Source: Alphaproteobacteria bacterium (lineage in GTDB: Bacteria > Pseudomonadota > Alphaproteobacteria > MPNO01). Taken from it: 64,000 bases of DNA. The DNA lies in contig OY763326.1 in assembly GCA_963667285.1 (NCBI GenBank), positions 879,068 to 943,067 of the forward strand, given 5' to 3'. Below the pieces are notes generated by a model. The model was not told the origin of the DNA. It worked only from the letters and a program-made list of their open reading frames with translations, and ran no database searches. Below, one piece after another: positions 37,103 through 46,569 of this stretch. Within the stretch, counting starts at the first letter, position 1; each line of letters begins with the position of its first letter. The position numbers and the translations under genes are program-made.

Positions 37103-37828
37103 CTAGCCGGCCGCGGCCGCCGTCTCGCTCAGGCTCTGATGCGCCTCGCGGATGATGTCGGTCATGTCGCGGTAGCGGTCCCAGCCCCAGCGCCCGAGCG
37201 GGAACGGCGGGTTGACGTTGCCGCATTTGGGGCAGGTCCGGTTGCGCTCATCGGCGTTGTAGTTGAGCGCCGCCTGAGCGCTGCCATAGATCGTGTGCAG
37301 GTGGCCGACGGGACCGACCTCGTCCTTCTGCTTTCCCCGTCTGGGCGGCGTCGAATCGAATTCTTCCCGGTAGATTTCGGTCGAGCAGGCGGCGCAGGTG
37401 AAGGCAACGGCCTCTCTTTGCGGGACGCCGGTGGACTGGCGCTGGGTGACCGAGACCAGCGAGAAGCTTTCGGGACTGTCCGGTTCGCTCAACAGGTTTC
37501 CGACGCCGTGGCTGCGCGCGCTGGCGCGCACCAGCCCGGCCTTGCCGCGCCCCGTGGTGGCGCCCGAACCGAAGACGATCGCCACCTCGTCGACCGTGTT
37601 CTCATGCTCGAAATAGCCGTAATCGCCGCCCGACTGGCCGTAGAACAGCGCGATGGTGGGCACCATCGCGCCTTCATCCACATAGGGGAACATCGGCGTC
37701 AGCGTGCTGACCAGGGTGCGCGCGTAGTCGTAGACATTGCACTTCAGCGGCTGCTTGTCCGTCGCCGGCGGCGGCATGGAGACCGTCTTTCCCGCCCTGT
37801 CGTTCACATCCCCCTCCTCACCTTCCAT
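37103..37828 (-). CDS. HAAO-like cupin with C-terminal Cys4 ribbon (more divergent paralog)
   Basis: VAFTCAACSTEIYREEFD...RNRTCPKCGNVNPP. Putative metal ligands in FEHENTVDE (H...E spaced by 6, as in HAAO). The start is uncertain; an internal Met lies at about 37777. Confidence 0.45.
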   Translation of the reverse strand: MEGEEGDVNDRAGKTVSMPPPATDKQPLKCNVYDYARTLVSTLTPMFPYVDEGAMVPTIALFYGQSGGDYGYFEHENTVDEVAIVFGSGATTGRGKAGLVRASARSHGVGNLLSEPDSPESFSLVSVTQRQSTGVPQREAVAFTCAACSTEIYREEFDSTPPRRGKQKDEVGPVGHLHTIYGSAQAALNYNADERNRTCPKCGNVNPPFPLGRWGWDRYRDMTDIIREAHQSLSETAAAAG

Positions 37829-37939
37829 GCCGTCAGGCGCGACAGCGAGCCCTCGATTATAGGCGCGGCGCGGCTCGCGCCAAAGCCGGCCGACACCGAC
37901 TGAAGGTCGAGGCCCGGGCGCGCCGGATCAACTTTCGCG

Positions 37940-38704
37940 CTAGCTGTTCCACCACGGCACGTCGCTGAACGAGCGCAGATCGAGCTCGTTCGTCCAGGTC
38001 GAGCGGTGCTGGCGCGCGAGGTGGAGATAGGTGTCGGCGATCTTCTCGGGCAGCATGAGCCCATCATGCTCCATGCCCCGGCTCTCGCGCAGCGCCCGGA
38101 ATTTCTCCGGGCCGAGCATCTTGCCCAGCGTATCCGGGGCATCGACCGCGCCGTCGACCAGTATGTGGACGATGTGAATCCCGCTGGGGCCGAATTCGGC
38201 ATTCAGCGTCTGGCACAGCATGCGCCGTCCGGCCATCGACGCGGCGTGCGAATGCTGGCCCTCGTTGCCGCGCACGGCCGCCGTGGAGGAGGTGACGAGC
38301 ACGGTGCCGCGGCCGCGTTCCGCCATCCGGGGGCAGAGCGCGGACGCGGCGCGGAACAGGCCGAAGGTCGCCATGCGCCAGCCGAGTTCGAAGACCTTGT
38401 AGCTGGTCTCCTCCAGGCTTCTGCCGCCGACCTGCGAGCCGAGATTGTAGAGCGCCACCTCGATCGGCCCGATCTCCTCCTCGACCGCGGCGATGCGCGC
38501 CTCGATGCTGTCCGGCTGCACGGCGTTCAGCAGATAGCCCGTGGCGTCGCCGCCCTCGCTCCGGATGGCCTCGACCAGCCGGTTGAGGCCGTCCTCGTCG
38601 GAGCGGCGGCAAAGCACCGCATGGTAGCCCTCTCTCGCGAACCGCATTCCCACCGTGCCGCCGATGCCGGCGCCGGCGCCGATGACGAGACAAACCGGTT
38701 TCAT
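37940..38704 (-). CDS. Short-chain dehydrogenase/reductase (SDR)
   Basis: Start MKPVCLVIGAGAGIGG (TGxxxGIG Rossmann) with a GGAGAGGAG SD. Catalytic tetrad region. 254 aa. The 5' two-fifths of the track ORF is an artefact. Confidence 0.8.
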   Translation of the reverse strand: MKPVCLVIGAGAGIGGTVGMRFAREGYHAVLCRRSDEDGLNRLVEAIRSEGGDATGYLLNAVQPDSIEARIAAVEEEIGPIEVALYNLGSQVGGRSLEETSYKVFELGWRMATFGLFRAASALCPRMAERGRGTVLVTSSTAAVRGNEGQHSHAASMAGRRMLCQTLNAEFGPSGIHIVHILVDGAVDAPDTLGKMLGPEKFRALRESRGMEHDGLMLPEKIADTYLHLARQHRSTWTNELDLRSFSDVPWWNS

Positions 38705-38823
38705 CGCAATCTCCTCTCCCATGCTTTCCGCCGTGGCGGCCCGAATGTCCCGGCCCCACCCGCCGGATACCGCGACGGACGCCGGGCTCCCGCACCGCGC
38801 GGCGGGACACGACGGGGCCGCGT

Positions 38824-39357
38824 TCAGCCTCCGGCCGCGGATGGATGAATGGCGACGAAGCGCTCCTCGGTCCAGCCCTTGTCGTAAGGGGTGCAGAAAA
38901 TACCCTCGTACTGCACGGTACGGACCTTCCACTCTCCGTCGACGCGGCGGAACTCGCAGCTGTACCGACCCATGATCCAGACCGCTTCGCGGCTGTCGCC
39001 CGGCCCTTGCAGGGTCGCCGGTTCGAAGCACAGCCAGCTGCCATCCGCCGAATCTCCGTCGACTTCGATGGCCTCCGTGCCGAGCAGATGGCTGGATTCG
39101 CGGATTCTCGTGCCTGCGGAGAATTTCTTCCTGAGCGCCGCGCGCCCGCGCTCGTCCATCGCGACATCGGCGAAGCCGGATGCACTGGTCCACTTCCCGT
39201 CGTCGGTATAGAAGGCGACCATTCGCTCCCCGTAGCCCGGATGCTCGCGGTCGTCGGCCTTGTGCATCATGTCGGTCATCAGCCGGCGTATGGCGGATTC
39301 GTCCTCCAGCCGCCGCAGCCTGCCGCGCAATTCCTCGATCGTCTTCTCGACGTCCAC
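38824..39357 (-). CDS. NTF2/SnoaL-like protein, putative small (beta) subunit of the upstream Rieske dioxygenase
   Basis: About 177-aa C-terminal portion of a long track ORF. NTF2-like composition. Lies 44 bp downstream of a Rieske alpha gene, in the position and size expected for a beta subunit. GTG start inferred, with a GGGGAG SD. Confidence 0.5.
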   Translation of the reverse strand: MDVEKTIEELRGRLRRLEDESAIRRLMTDMMHKADDREHPGYGERMVAFYTDDGKWTSASGFADVAMDERGRAALRKKFSAGTRIRESSHLLGTEAIEVDGDSADGSWLCFEPATLQGPGDSREAVWIMGRYSCEFRRVDGEWKVRTVQYEGIFCTPYDKGWTEERFVAIHPSAAGG

Positions 39358-39401
39358 CGCGTCGCTCCCCGCCCTGTCCGGCCTGCCGTCCCGGCGCGAA
39401 T

Positions 39402-40685
39402 CTAGGCTTCGGCCAGCGCGGCCTCGCCCCATTTCCATTCGCGGCGCGCCAACACCTGATCGACCGAGGTGTCGGCAGGCACGATTACCATTCGGCTGTC
39501 GATGTCCGGGAAGGCGACCGTCCCGTCGAGCGCGGGCAATGTCTCGCCGGCCATCTGCTTGCGGACCAGATCCAGCAGGTAGCGGCGCAAATGCATCACC
39601 AGGACGTCGCGGGAACCGATCTGCTCGAGGCTGCGGTCGACGATCGGCCCCATGCTCTGCAGGATCGCGACATCCTGCGCGGCGATGCCGCGGATGCCGG
39701 AGAAGTTCTCGTGTTTCTGCCGTTCGCGGTCGAGCAGATGCATGTTCTCGAGATTGCCGCGCGAGCGGTACTCGATCTCGGGATCGATCAGGTCGTGGCC
39801 GAAATTGTGTTCGAGGGTCCGCCGCTCTTCCTCGTCCGCCGGCGTGTCGGGATCGTAGTGGACGTAGTAGAGCCAGTGATGCTCGTCGTCGATCGGTACC
39901 CAGGCGTGCCAGATGTAGCGCAGCTTGGTGCGCCCGGCGGGGACGATGGTGTGGCAGGGAACGACGAAGGGATCGACCCAGTAGAGCGCCCTGGCGGGAT
40001 CGGGCGTGTTCCAGCGCCAGATCGTCTGGAAGCCGAACGCCTCGTCCCGGGTGAATCCCCTGGGCCGCGGATCGACCCCCATCGCCTCGCGGGTCTTGTC
40101 GATCGGCGCCTCTCCGATCGGACTGTGCAGGAAGGAGGGGTGCGAGATGTCGATATCGGCTTCGAGGCCCTGCAGGTAATTGCATTCCTGGCGGTAGTGG
40201 TAGCCCAGCACGTGGCTTGCCGGCAGCCTGGTGAACAGGAAATCCGGGAAGGGCGGCGGCACCGGCTCGCGCCCCATATAGGTCCAGACGATGCCCCCCG
40301 CCTCATGCGTCGGATAGGCGGTGACCTCGATGGTCTTGCCGAAATCGGGGTTGAGCTCGGTCGGCGTATCGACGACCCGCCCCTCCACGTCGAACTTCCA
40401 GCCGTGATAGACGCAGCGCAGGCCGCACTCTTCGTTGCGACCGTAGAGCAGCGACACGCGGCGGTGCGGGCAGAACTCGTCGAGCAGGCCGACCCGACCG
40501 TCGGTGTCGCGAAACGCGACCAGCCGTTCGCCCAAGAGCTTGATGGCGACCGGCGCGCCGTCCGGCTCCGGCAGCCGTTCGGCGAGCATGGCCGGCAGCC
40601 AGTAGCTGCGGAATATCTCGCCCATCGGCGTTCCGGCGTCGGTACGCACCAGGAGCTCGTTCTCTTCCCGCGTTATGGCTGCCAA
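39402..40685 (-). CDS. Rieske non-heme-iron ring-hydroxylating oxygenase, alpha subunit
   Basis: Rieske CPHRRVSLLYG...CVYHGWKF. Catalytic-domain mononuclear-Fe region. 427 aa. Confidence 0.8.
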   Translation of the reverse strand: MAAITREENELLVRTDAGTPMGEIFRSYWLPAMLAERLPEPDGAPVAIKLLGERLVAFRDTDGRVGLLDEFCPHRRVSLLYGRNEECGLRCVYHGWKFDVEGRVVDTPTELNPDFGKTIEVTAYPTHEAGGIVWTYMGREPVPPPFPDFLFTRLPASHVLGYHYRQECNYLQGLEADIDISHPSFLHSPIGEAPIDKTREAMGVDPRPRGFTRDEAFGFQTIWRWNTPDPARALYWVDPFVVPCHTIVPAGRTKLRYIWHAWVPIDDEHHWLYYVHYDPDTPADEEERRTLEHNFGHDLIDPEIEYRSRGNLENMHLLDRERQKHENFSGIRGIAAQDVAILQSMGPIVDRSLEQIGSRDVLVMHLRRYLLDLVRKQMAGETLPALDGTVAFPDIDSRMVIVPADTSVDQVLARREWKWGEAALAEA

Positions 40686-40938
40686 GACGCTTTCCCCGCG
40701 CTGATGGATCGAGGTGGACCGGGTGCCACGCTCCCGCCGGCTACCGAAACGCTGGACCTGCCGTCAAGCTCCGGCGGCTCGCCGCCGCTTCGGTGACCGC
40801 GCCGTCCCGGCCTCACGGGCCGATGCCCGGGACGCCGGACGAAGACCGAGTATCACAAAGGGTGCAGAGCGCGGCAAGTTGGCCGCGGGCGGACGCGGTA
40901 ACGGTTTCATGGCGCGGGCGCCCGGACATGTCCCGATT

Positions 40939-41439
40939 TCAGAACGGCGCCAGCAGGGCGCCGTGCGGCGCATCGCAGTTGAGGAGGTCGACGCGCTTGC
41001 TGGCTATACGCCACTCGCCTGCCACGCGCCGAAGCCTGTAGTCGTAGGCGCCGGCGAAGACCCGCTGGTCGTCGGCGCGATAGTCGAGCATCACGAAGTT
41101 CGCGGTGACGCGACAGGCGTCATCGCCGTTCCTTTCGCGTATTGCAACGTTGCCGACGACATGGCGGGTGCGAACGGGCGGGATGTTCGCGAATGCCTTG
41201 TCGTGCCGCAGCCGACGCGCCCGCGCCCGCAACAGGGTGACGCCCTCGTGGATCAGCGACGCGGTATCCGAGGCGCTGGACTGGTCCGGTTGCGACGGCA
41301 CCCAGTAGAGTCCGTCTTCGCAGAACAGGTCGACCCATTCGTCGTAGCGTCCGCCGTCGATCGACGCGCATTCACGAAACAGGAAGTCCTCGATCTCCCT
41401 CTGCAGCAGCAAACCCTCCAGGGACGGGCTGTCGTCCAT
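40939..41439 (-). CDS. Ring-hydroxylating dioxygenase beta (small) subunit
   Basis: 166 aa. N-terminal LQREIEDFLFRECASIDGGRYDEWVDLFCEDGLYWVP is the hallmark beta-subunit motif. Overlaps the upstream alpha gene by 8 bp. Confidence 0.8.
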   Translation of the reverse strand: MDDSPSLEGLLLQREIEDFLFRECASIDGGRYDEWVDLFCEDGLYWVPSQPDQSSASDTASLIHEGVTLLRARARRLRHDKAFANIPPVRTRHVVGNVAIRERNGDDACRVTANFVMLDYRADDQRVFAGAYDYRLRRVAGEWRIASKRVDLLNCDAPHGALLAPF

Positions 41440-41445
41440 CGGCGC

Positions 41446-42756
41446 TCACCCCGACCGCATATAGTCGAGCCAGGCGCGATATTGCGTCCGAATCGGCAGC
41501 TCGCTGGTGCCGGACCCCGCGTAGCCACCCCCGTCGAGCGGTCGGTCGCATCCCTCCTCCCGCTCCAGGTTGATCCATTCGGGCTCGGCGGCGGCAAACC
41601 CGGCCTGGCACCCCTTGTAGATCTCCAGATCGTCCGTGGCGATCAGCGAGGCCGGAGAGTTGAGCGTGGTGAGAAAGCGCACCGCGCTCTCGTAAAGCCA
41701 CTCCGGCGCGCCCTTCAGACGGAAACAGAAACTGTGCGCGATCGTGCGGTCGACCGCGACCGGTTCCACGAAGCGCATCGACTGGAACCGCGGGTTGATC
41801 ACGAAATTGGGATAGATCAGGTGGTTGTACGTGTCCCAGCCGAGTACCGCATCGGCCTGCCCGGTACCGAGGCGGGCGGCGAGAAGCTCGCGATAAGCGT
41901 TGAATTCGGGGGTGTCGGGCATGGCCGAAATCATGCCGCTTTCATAGAACCCGCCGATATAGCTGTGGCCGCGAGCGAAGCCGCAGGTTCCCGCATTGGA
42001 CATGCCCGACAGCGGGATCCCGTTGGCTGCATACATTTGCAACGCCTGCTGTGTCGCGGGATCCGGCGGCGCGCCTGTCTCGAGATCGCGGCCCACGCTG
42101 ATCGACGAATCGTGGACGAAGGTGGGATGGACCAGATCGTTGGCGTTTTCCATGTGCAGCTTCCAGTTGCCCGGGTAGTCCTGGCGAAAGCCGCCGCCCG
42201 CGAGCTCGACCTCGCCGTCGGGCGCGCGGTCGACGAGGTTGTCGAGGGCCTTCGCAGCCGGGCCGAGAAAGCTGGGGAGATCGGGACCGTCCGTGGCAAG
42301 GCTGGCGAACACGAAGCCGCGGTAGTCCGCGGTACGCGGCACCGGGGCAAGCCCGGCATGGGCACCGCCCGGGGAATCGGGGCGGGCATACCCGTCCGGC
42401 TGGGGAACCCCGAGCAGGCGCCCGTCCCGACCGTAGACCCAGCCATGGTAGGGGCACGCAAACCGGTCGGCGGTGCCGCGGTCGGCAATGCACACCAGCA
42501 TGCCGCGATGCAGGCACCGGTTGCGCAGAACGCGGATTTCGCCATCTTCGCCTCGGACGACGAGCAGCGGCTCGCGTCCAATCCTGGCGCGCAGGAAATC
42601 GCCCGGCCGGCGAAGCTGGCTTTGGTGCGCCACGAAGATCCAGGCACGCCCGAATATCCGCTCCATCTCCAATTCGAAGATGGCGGGATCGGCGTAGACG
42701 CGTCGATGGACACGGCCGGGCTCGACCAGGGCTTCCACCGAGGACAGGCCAGTCAT
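41446..42756 (-). CDS. Rieske non-heme-iron ring-hydroxylating oxygenase, alpha subunit
   Basis: Rieske CLHRGMLVC...CPYHGWVYG. 436 aa. Followed by its beta subunit. Confidence 0.8.
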   Translation of the reverse strand: MTGLSSVEALVEPGRVHRRVYADPAIFELEMERIFGRAWIFVAHQSQLRRPGDFLRARIGREPLLVVRGEDGEIRVLRNRCLHRGMLVCIADRGTADRFACPYHGWVYGRDGRLLGVPQPDGYARPDSPGGAHAGLAPVPRTADYRGFVFASLATDGPDLPSFLGPAAKALDNLVDRAPDGEVELAGGGFRQDYPGNWKLHMENANDLVHPTFVHDSSISVGRDLETGAPPDPATQQALQMYAANGIPLSGMSNAGTCGFARGHSYIGGFYESGMISAMPDTPEFNAYRELLAARLGTGQADAVLGWDTYNHLIYPNFVINPRFQSMRFVEPVAVDRTIAHSFCFRLKGAPEWLYESAVRFLTTLNSPASLIATDDLEIYKGCQAGFAAAEPEWINLEREEGCDRPLDGGGYAGSGTSELPIRTQYRAWLDYMRSG

Positions 42757-42821
42757 ATCGGGGCTCCCCGCTGGTTCGGTATCCTAAGCGCCGGGCATGC
42801 GGGTAGGAAACCCCGCCGCCC

Positions 42822-44123
42822 TTATCCCATCGTATCGGGCAGGAACAGAACGATGGATGGGAACGCGACCAGTAGCAGAATTCGCAGGACGTCGGTGACG
42901 ATGAATGGCGCCACACCGCGGTAGATGGTCGACAGCCTGACGTCCCTGGCGACACCGCGGATCACGAACACGTTGAGACCGAATGGCGGCGTGATCAAGC
43001 CCAGCTCCACCGTCATGACCACCACCACGCCGAACCAGATGGGGTCGAAGCCGAGATCGACGATCGCCGGGAATATGATCGGCACGGTCAGGATGATCAT
43101 TGCCAGCGAATCCATCAGGCAGCCGAGTATCAGGTAGAACAACAACAACAGCAGCAGGATGCCGTAAGGTCCGATCGGCAGCGCAAGCAGCAGGTCGGTC
43201 AGTTTCTGCGGCGTCTGGGTAATGGCAAGAAAGACGCCGAACAGCAGGGCCCCGATCAGGATGGTGAATACCGCCCCGGTGGTGCGGACGCTCTCGATCA
43301 GACAGTCGAGCGTTTGCCGCAGGGTCAGGCTGCGCCGAATGACGGCGATCAGGAAAGCGCCGGCCGCGCCCATGCCCGCGGCCTCGGTCGGCGTGAACAC
43401 GCCGCCGTAAATCCCGCCGATCACGAAGAAGAACACCAGCGCGACCGCCCACACATTGCGCAGCGACGCGATCCGTTCGCGCCACGACGCCCGGACCCCG
43501 GCCGGCACCGCATCGGGGTTGAACCAGGCAATGATCTGCACTGTGGTCATGTACATCGCGACCGCCAGCAGGCCCGGAATGAAGGCGGCGATGAACAGGC
43601 GACCGATATCCTGTTGGGTGATGATGCCGTACACCGCCAGCACCACCGACGGCGGAATCAGAATGCCGAGCGTGCCGCCCGCGGCGATAACGCCGGTCGA
43701 AATGCTGCTGCTATAGCCGTAGTCGCGCATTTCCGGCAGGGCGACCTTGGCCATCGTCGCTGAGGTCGCGACCGAGGAGCCGCAGATCGCCGCGAAACCG
43801 GAGCAGGCCGCGAGCGTCGCCAGCGACAAGCCGCCGCGGCGGTGGCCGAGCCAGGCGTTGCCGGCGCGGAACAGCTCGCGGCTCATACCGGACGCGCTGG
43901 CGAACGCGCCCATGAGGATGAACAGCGGGATCAGCCCGAACGCGAAGTCGGTGGCGTTGCGGATCGGCGACAGCGCCACCAGGCGCAGCGCCGGGTCGAT
44001 GCCGCTCAGGCTGGCGAAGCCGCCGATGCCGACGATCGCCATGGCGATACCGACGGGAACGCGCAGCAACATCAGCACGAGCAGGACGACGAAGCCGAGC
44101 CCTGCGATGAGGTCGTTGTCCAC
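42822..44123 (-). CDS. dctM: TRAP transporter large permease (DctM family)
   Basis: DctM motifs (GGIYGGVFTPTEAAGMG, TPPFGLNVFV). Start inferred at a GTG near 44123. The upstream part of the track ORF is an artefact. Confidence 0.85.
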   Translation of the reverse strand: MDNDLIAGLGFVVLLVLMLLRVPVGIAMAIVGIGGFASLSGIDPALRLVALSPIRNATDFAFGLIPLFILMGAFASASGMSRELFRAGNAWLGHRRGGLSLATLAACSGFAAICGSSVATSATMAKVALPEMRDYGYSSSISTGVIAAGGTLGILIPPSVVLAVYGIITQQDIGRLFIAAFIPGLLAVAMYMTTVQIIAWFNPDAVPAGVRASWRERIASLRNVWAVALVFFFVIGGIYGGVFTPTEAAGMGAAGAFLIAVIRRSLTLRQTLDCLIESVRTTGAVFTILIGALLFGVFLAITQTPQKLTDLLLALPIGPYGILLLLLLFYLILGCLMDSLAMIILTVPIIFPAIVDLGFDPIWFGVVVVMTVELGLITPPFGLNVFVIRGVARDVRLSTIYRGVAPFIVTDVLRILLLVAFPSIVLFLPDTMG

Positions 44124-44134
44124 CCGCGCCGCCG

Positions 44135-44629
44135 CTATTCGTGTGGCAGGCGCGCGCCGGTGCCGACCGCGCGGCGGCGCAGCAGCCGCCACAGGCGGAT
44201 CGCCATCAGGATCGTCGCCGCGACGATACCGACCCACGCCAGGGCGTAGAACGGCCAGATGTCGAGGCGCAAGTCGAAGGTCTGCGAGGTCGTCTCGTAG
44301 GTCACGACGATCTTGCGCACCAGCATCCGCGCGAACACCGCCATCGCCACGAGCGAGCAGGCGGTGGCGAAGATATCGATCAGGCGCTTGCCGCGAAGGC
44401 CGACCAGGGTCCACAGCACGTCCATCTGGATGTGCTCGTCGCGATAGCCGGCAACGGCGATGCCCCAGAACACCACAACGCCGATCATCAGCCGACCGAT
44501 ATCGAAACTGTCGGGGACCGGAAAGTTGAACAGGTAGCGCAGAAGGACCGAGGCGAAGGTCAGCGCGGCAACGAAGGCAAGGAATAACCCGGCCAGCGTT
44601 TCGATGCCGGAGATTGCTTTCTGGACCAC
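44135..44629 (-). CDS. dctQ: TRAP transporter small permease (DctQ family)
   Basis: 164 aa, four TM segments, between dctP and dctM. Confidence 0.8.
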   Translation of the reverse strand: MVQKAISGIETLAGLFLAFVAALTFASVLLRYLFNFPVPDSFDIGRLMIGVVVFWGIAVAGYRDEHIQMDVLWTLVGLRGKRLIDIFATACSLVAMAVFARMLVRKIVVTYETTSQTFDLRLDIWPFYALAWVGIVAATILMAIRLWRLLRRRAVGTGARLPHE

Positions 44630-44709
44630 GGCTGAAGACGCAAGCGCCGACGAATGGGCAAGTCGGGTGGGGCGCGGGTCGGCCCCGCCCGATGGTCGCG
44701 GCCGGCGCC

Positions 44710-45738
44710 CTACTGGAGCAGCGCGTTGTGCTTCTTCAACGCGGCTATCAACTCGTCATAGGCCTTGTCGGCGTCGATACCCTTCTTGGTCGCCCCTTCC
44801 GCCCAATGGGCGCGAATCGGCTTCGCCGCCGCATGCCATGCGTCCTGGGCTTCCCGCGGGATCGTGTAAACCTCATGCCCCTTCATGTTCTGCAGCTTGG
44901 TGCGGCCGAGGAATTCCCATTCGGTGAACGCCTCGGTCACCTTGCGCGCCCAATCCGGGGTGCAATGCGCATCGACCGCCTGCTTCTGGGCCGACGAGAA
45001 CTTGGCGTAGGTGCCCTTGTTCATGACCCAGATGAACGCGGTGGACGCGATCGGAAAGTCCATGTGGTATTTGAGAGGCTTGTGGATGCCCCAGATCTGC
45101 ATCGAGTTCCACGAGAAGAACACCGCGTCGGCAATGCCCCGCTCGACAAGGTCACGGGTATCGCCGCCCGGCGCGTAGACGCTGCTGCCCCCGAGGTTCT
45201 TGACCAGCTGGGCGATGGTGCCGTTCATCGGCCGGATCTTCAGGCCCTTGAGGTCCTGCGGCATCACGATCTTCCTGGGCTTGCTGGAGATGACACCCGG
45301 CTCCAGCGCATGCGCCAGGCAGAAATGGACGTCGTTCATCTCGTACTGAGCGTATTTCCGATACCACTCGGTCAAGGCCGTCGACGCGGGCCGGCTGTCC
45401 GACACCAGCAATGGCAGCTCGATCGCCGAGATTATCGGCCATCGACCGGGGATGAAGCCGGGGTTGTACCAGGCGATATCGACGATGCCGTCCTTCGCCA
45501 TGTCGTATTGATCCTTGGCCTTGCCAAGCTGCTGCGACGGGAAAATGGTGATCTTGATCGTCCCGCCTGACGCGTCCTCGACCGACTTGGCCCACGGCAC
45601 CATTCCCTTGGTGTGCAGCGGAAACTTTGCCGGCAGATGATGCGCATAGCGCAGATTGAAAGTCTTCTCGGCGGCCTTGGCGCCGGACAGCGCGAACGCG
45701 GCGACCAAACAGATAGCCAGAGCCGTCTTGGACCACAT
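44710..45738 (-). CDS. dctP: TRAP transporter substrate-binding protein (DctP family)
   Basis: Start MWSKTALAICLVAAFALSGAKAA (signal peptide). DctP-like body. The first about 140 codons of the track ORF are an artefact. Confidence 0.8.
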   Translation of the reverse strand: MWSKTALAICLVAAFALSGAKAAEKTFNLRYAHHLPAKFPLHTKGMVPWAKSVEDASGGTIKITIFPSQQLGKAKDQYDMAKDGIVDIAWYNPGFIPGRWPIISAIELPLLVSDSRPASTALTEWYRKYAQYEMNDVHFCLAHALEPGVISSKPRKIVMPQDLKGLKIRPMNGTIAQLVKNLGGSSVYAPGGDTRDLVERGIADAVFFSWNSMQIWGIHKPLKYHMDFPIASTAFIWVMNKGTYAKFSSAQKQAVDAHCTPDWARKVTEAFTEWEFLGRTKLQNMKGHEVYTIPREAQDAWHAAAKPIRAHWAEGATKKGIDADKAYDELIAALKKHNALLQ

Positions 45739-45794
45739 GGTAGCTGTCCTCCCCTTTTTTCTGGGATGAATTAGATGGAGCCGGGCGAGGGGGG

Positions 45795-46520
45795 TCAAGG
45801 TCGGTGCGCAGACCGGAAGGGATCGCCCCCGGGCACGACAAGCGTCTCCATCGGCACGTGGACGCTGCCGCCGGTATGGGCGGGGAAGAACCCGACATCG
45901 GCGCGCAGCGTCTCCCGGGCAGGCGAGGACAGCGCGGTCGACAGCGCCCGGGCGGAATCGAAAACCGCCTTGTTGCGCAGCAACGCCTCGGCGAACCGGA
46001 ACGGCAATCCGGAGACGACGACGGCCGGCGTGTCGACCGCGACCGCCCGGACGCCCGGCAACGCGGCGATCAGCGGCGCGTGTGTGGCCGTGTAGTGGTC
46101 GAGCCAGGCCTGCTCGTCTTCCGCCGGGCCGGGGTAATGGACAAGGTAGGAGCACAAGCGCGTCGCCCCGTCGGGGGCGGGATCGGGGACGGCGTAGAGG
46201 CGGCGAAGCATACCCTGTTGCGACACCGTCGCTCCGGCGAGGCCCGGCAGGAAACCGGGATCGGCGAGCCGCCGCAGGCCGGTGTCTTGCCGGAGAGCGC
46301 GTTCACAGCCCGCGACGTCCGCGAACTCCAGCTCGAGGGCCAACAGGGGCGCGTCGTCATCGCCGGTATGGGGATGAGGCGCGGGCAACGGCGTGTGGAC
46401 ATACGCGGTCTGGAGATCGGGAGCGCCGCCGACCGCCTCCACCACCCTTCCGCGCTCCGCGTCGGACAGGCCGCCGGTCGGCCCGCCACGATGAAAGAAG
46501 CAATACCAGGTCACAGGCAT
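45795..46520 (-). CDS. Hypothetical protein, possible tandem EthD-like / dimeric alpha+beta-barrel domains
   Basis: Two about 100-aa repeats with a similar pattern (YCFFHRGG...AYVHTP and CSYLVHYPGP...HYTATHAPL). Weak family assignment. Confidence 0.3.
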   Translation of the reverse strand: MPVTWYCFFHRGGPTGGLSDAERGRVVEAVGGAPDLQTAYVHTPLPAPHPHTGDDDAPLLALELEFADVAGCERALRQDTGLRRLADPGFLPGLAGATVSQQGMLRRLYAVPDPAPDGATRLCSYLVHYPGPAEDEQAWLDHYTATHAPLIAALPGVRAVAVDTPAVVVSGLPFRFAEALLRNKAVFDSARALSTALSSPARETLRADVGFFPAHTGGSVHVPMETLVVPGGDPFRSAHRP

Positions 46521-46569
46521 GGGTTCTCGACCTCCGCGCCCGAGCTGCCGGGTCGAAACGGCGCGCGGC

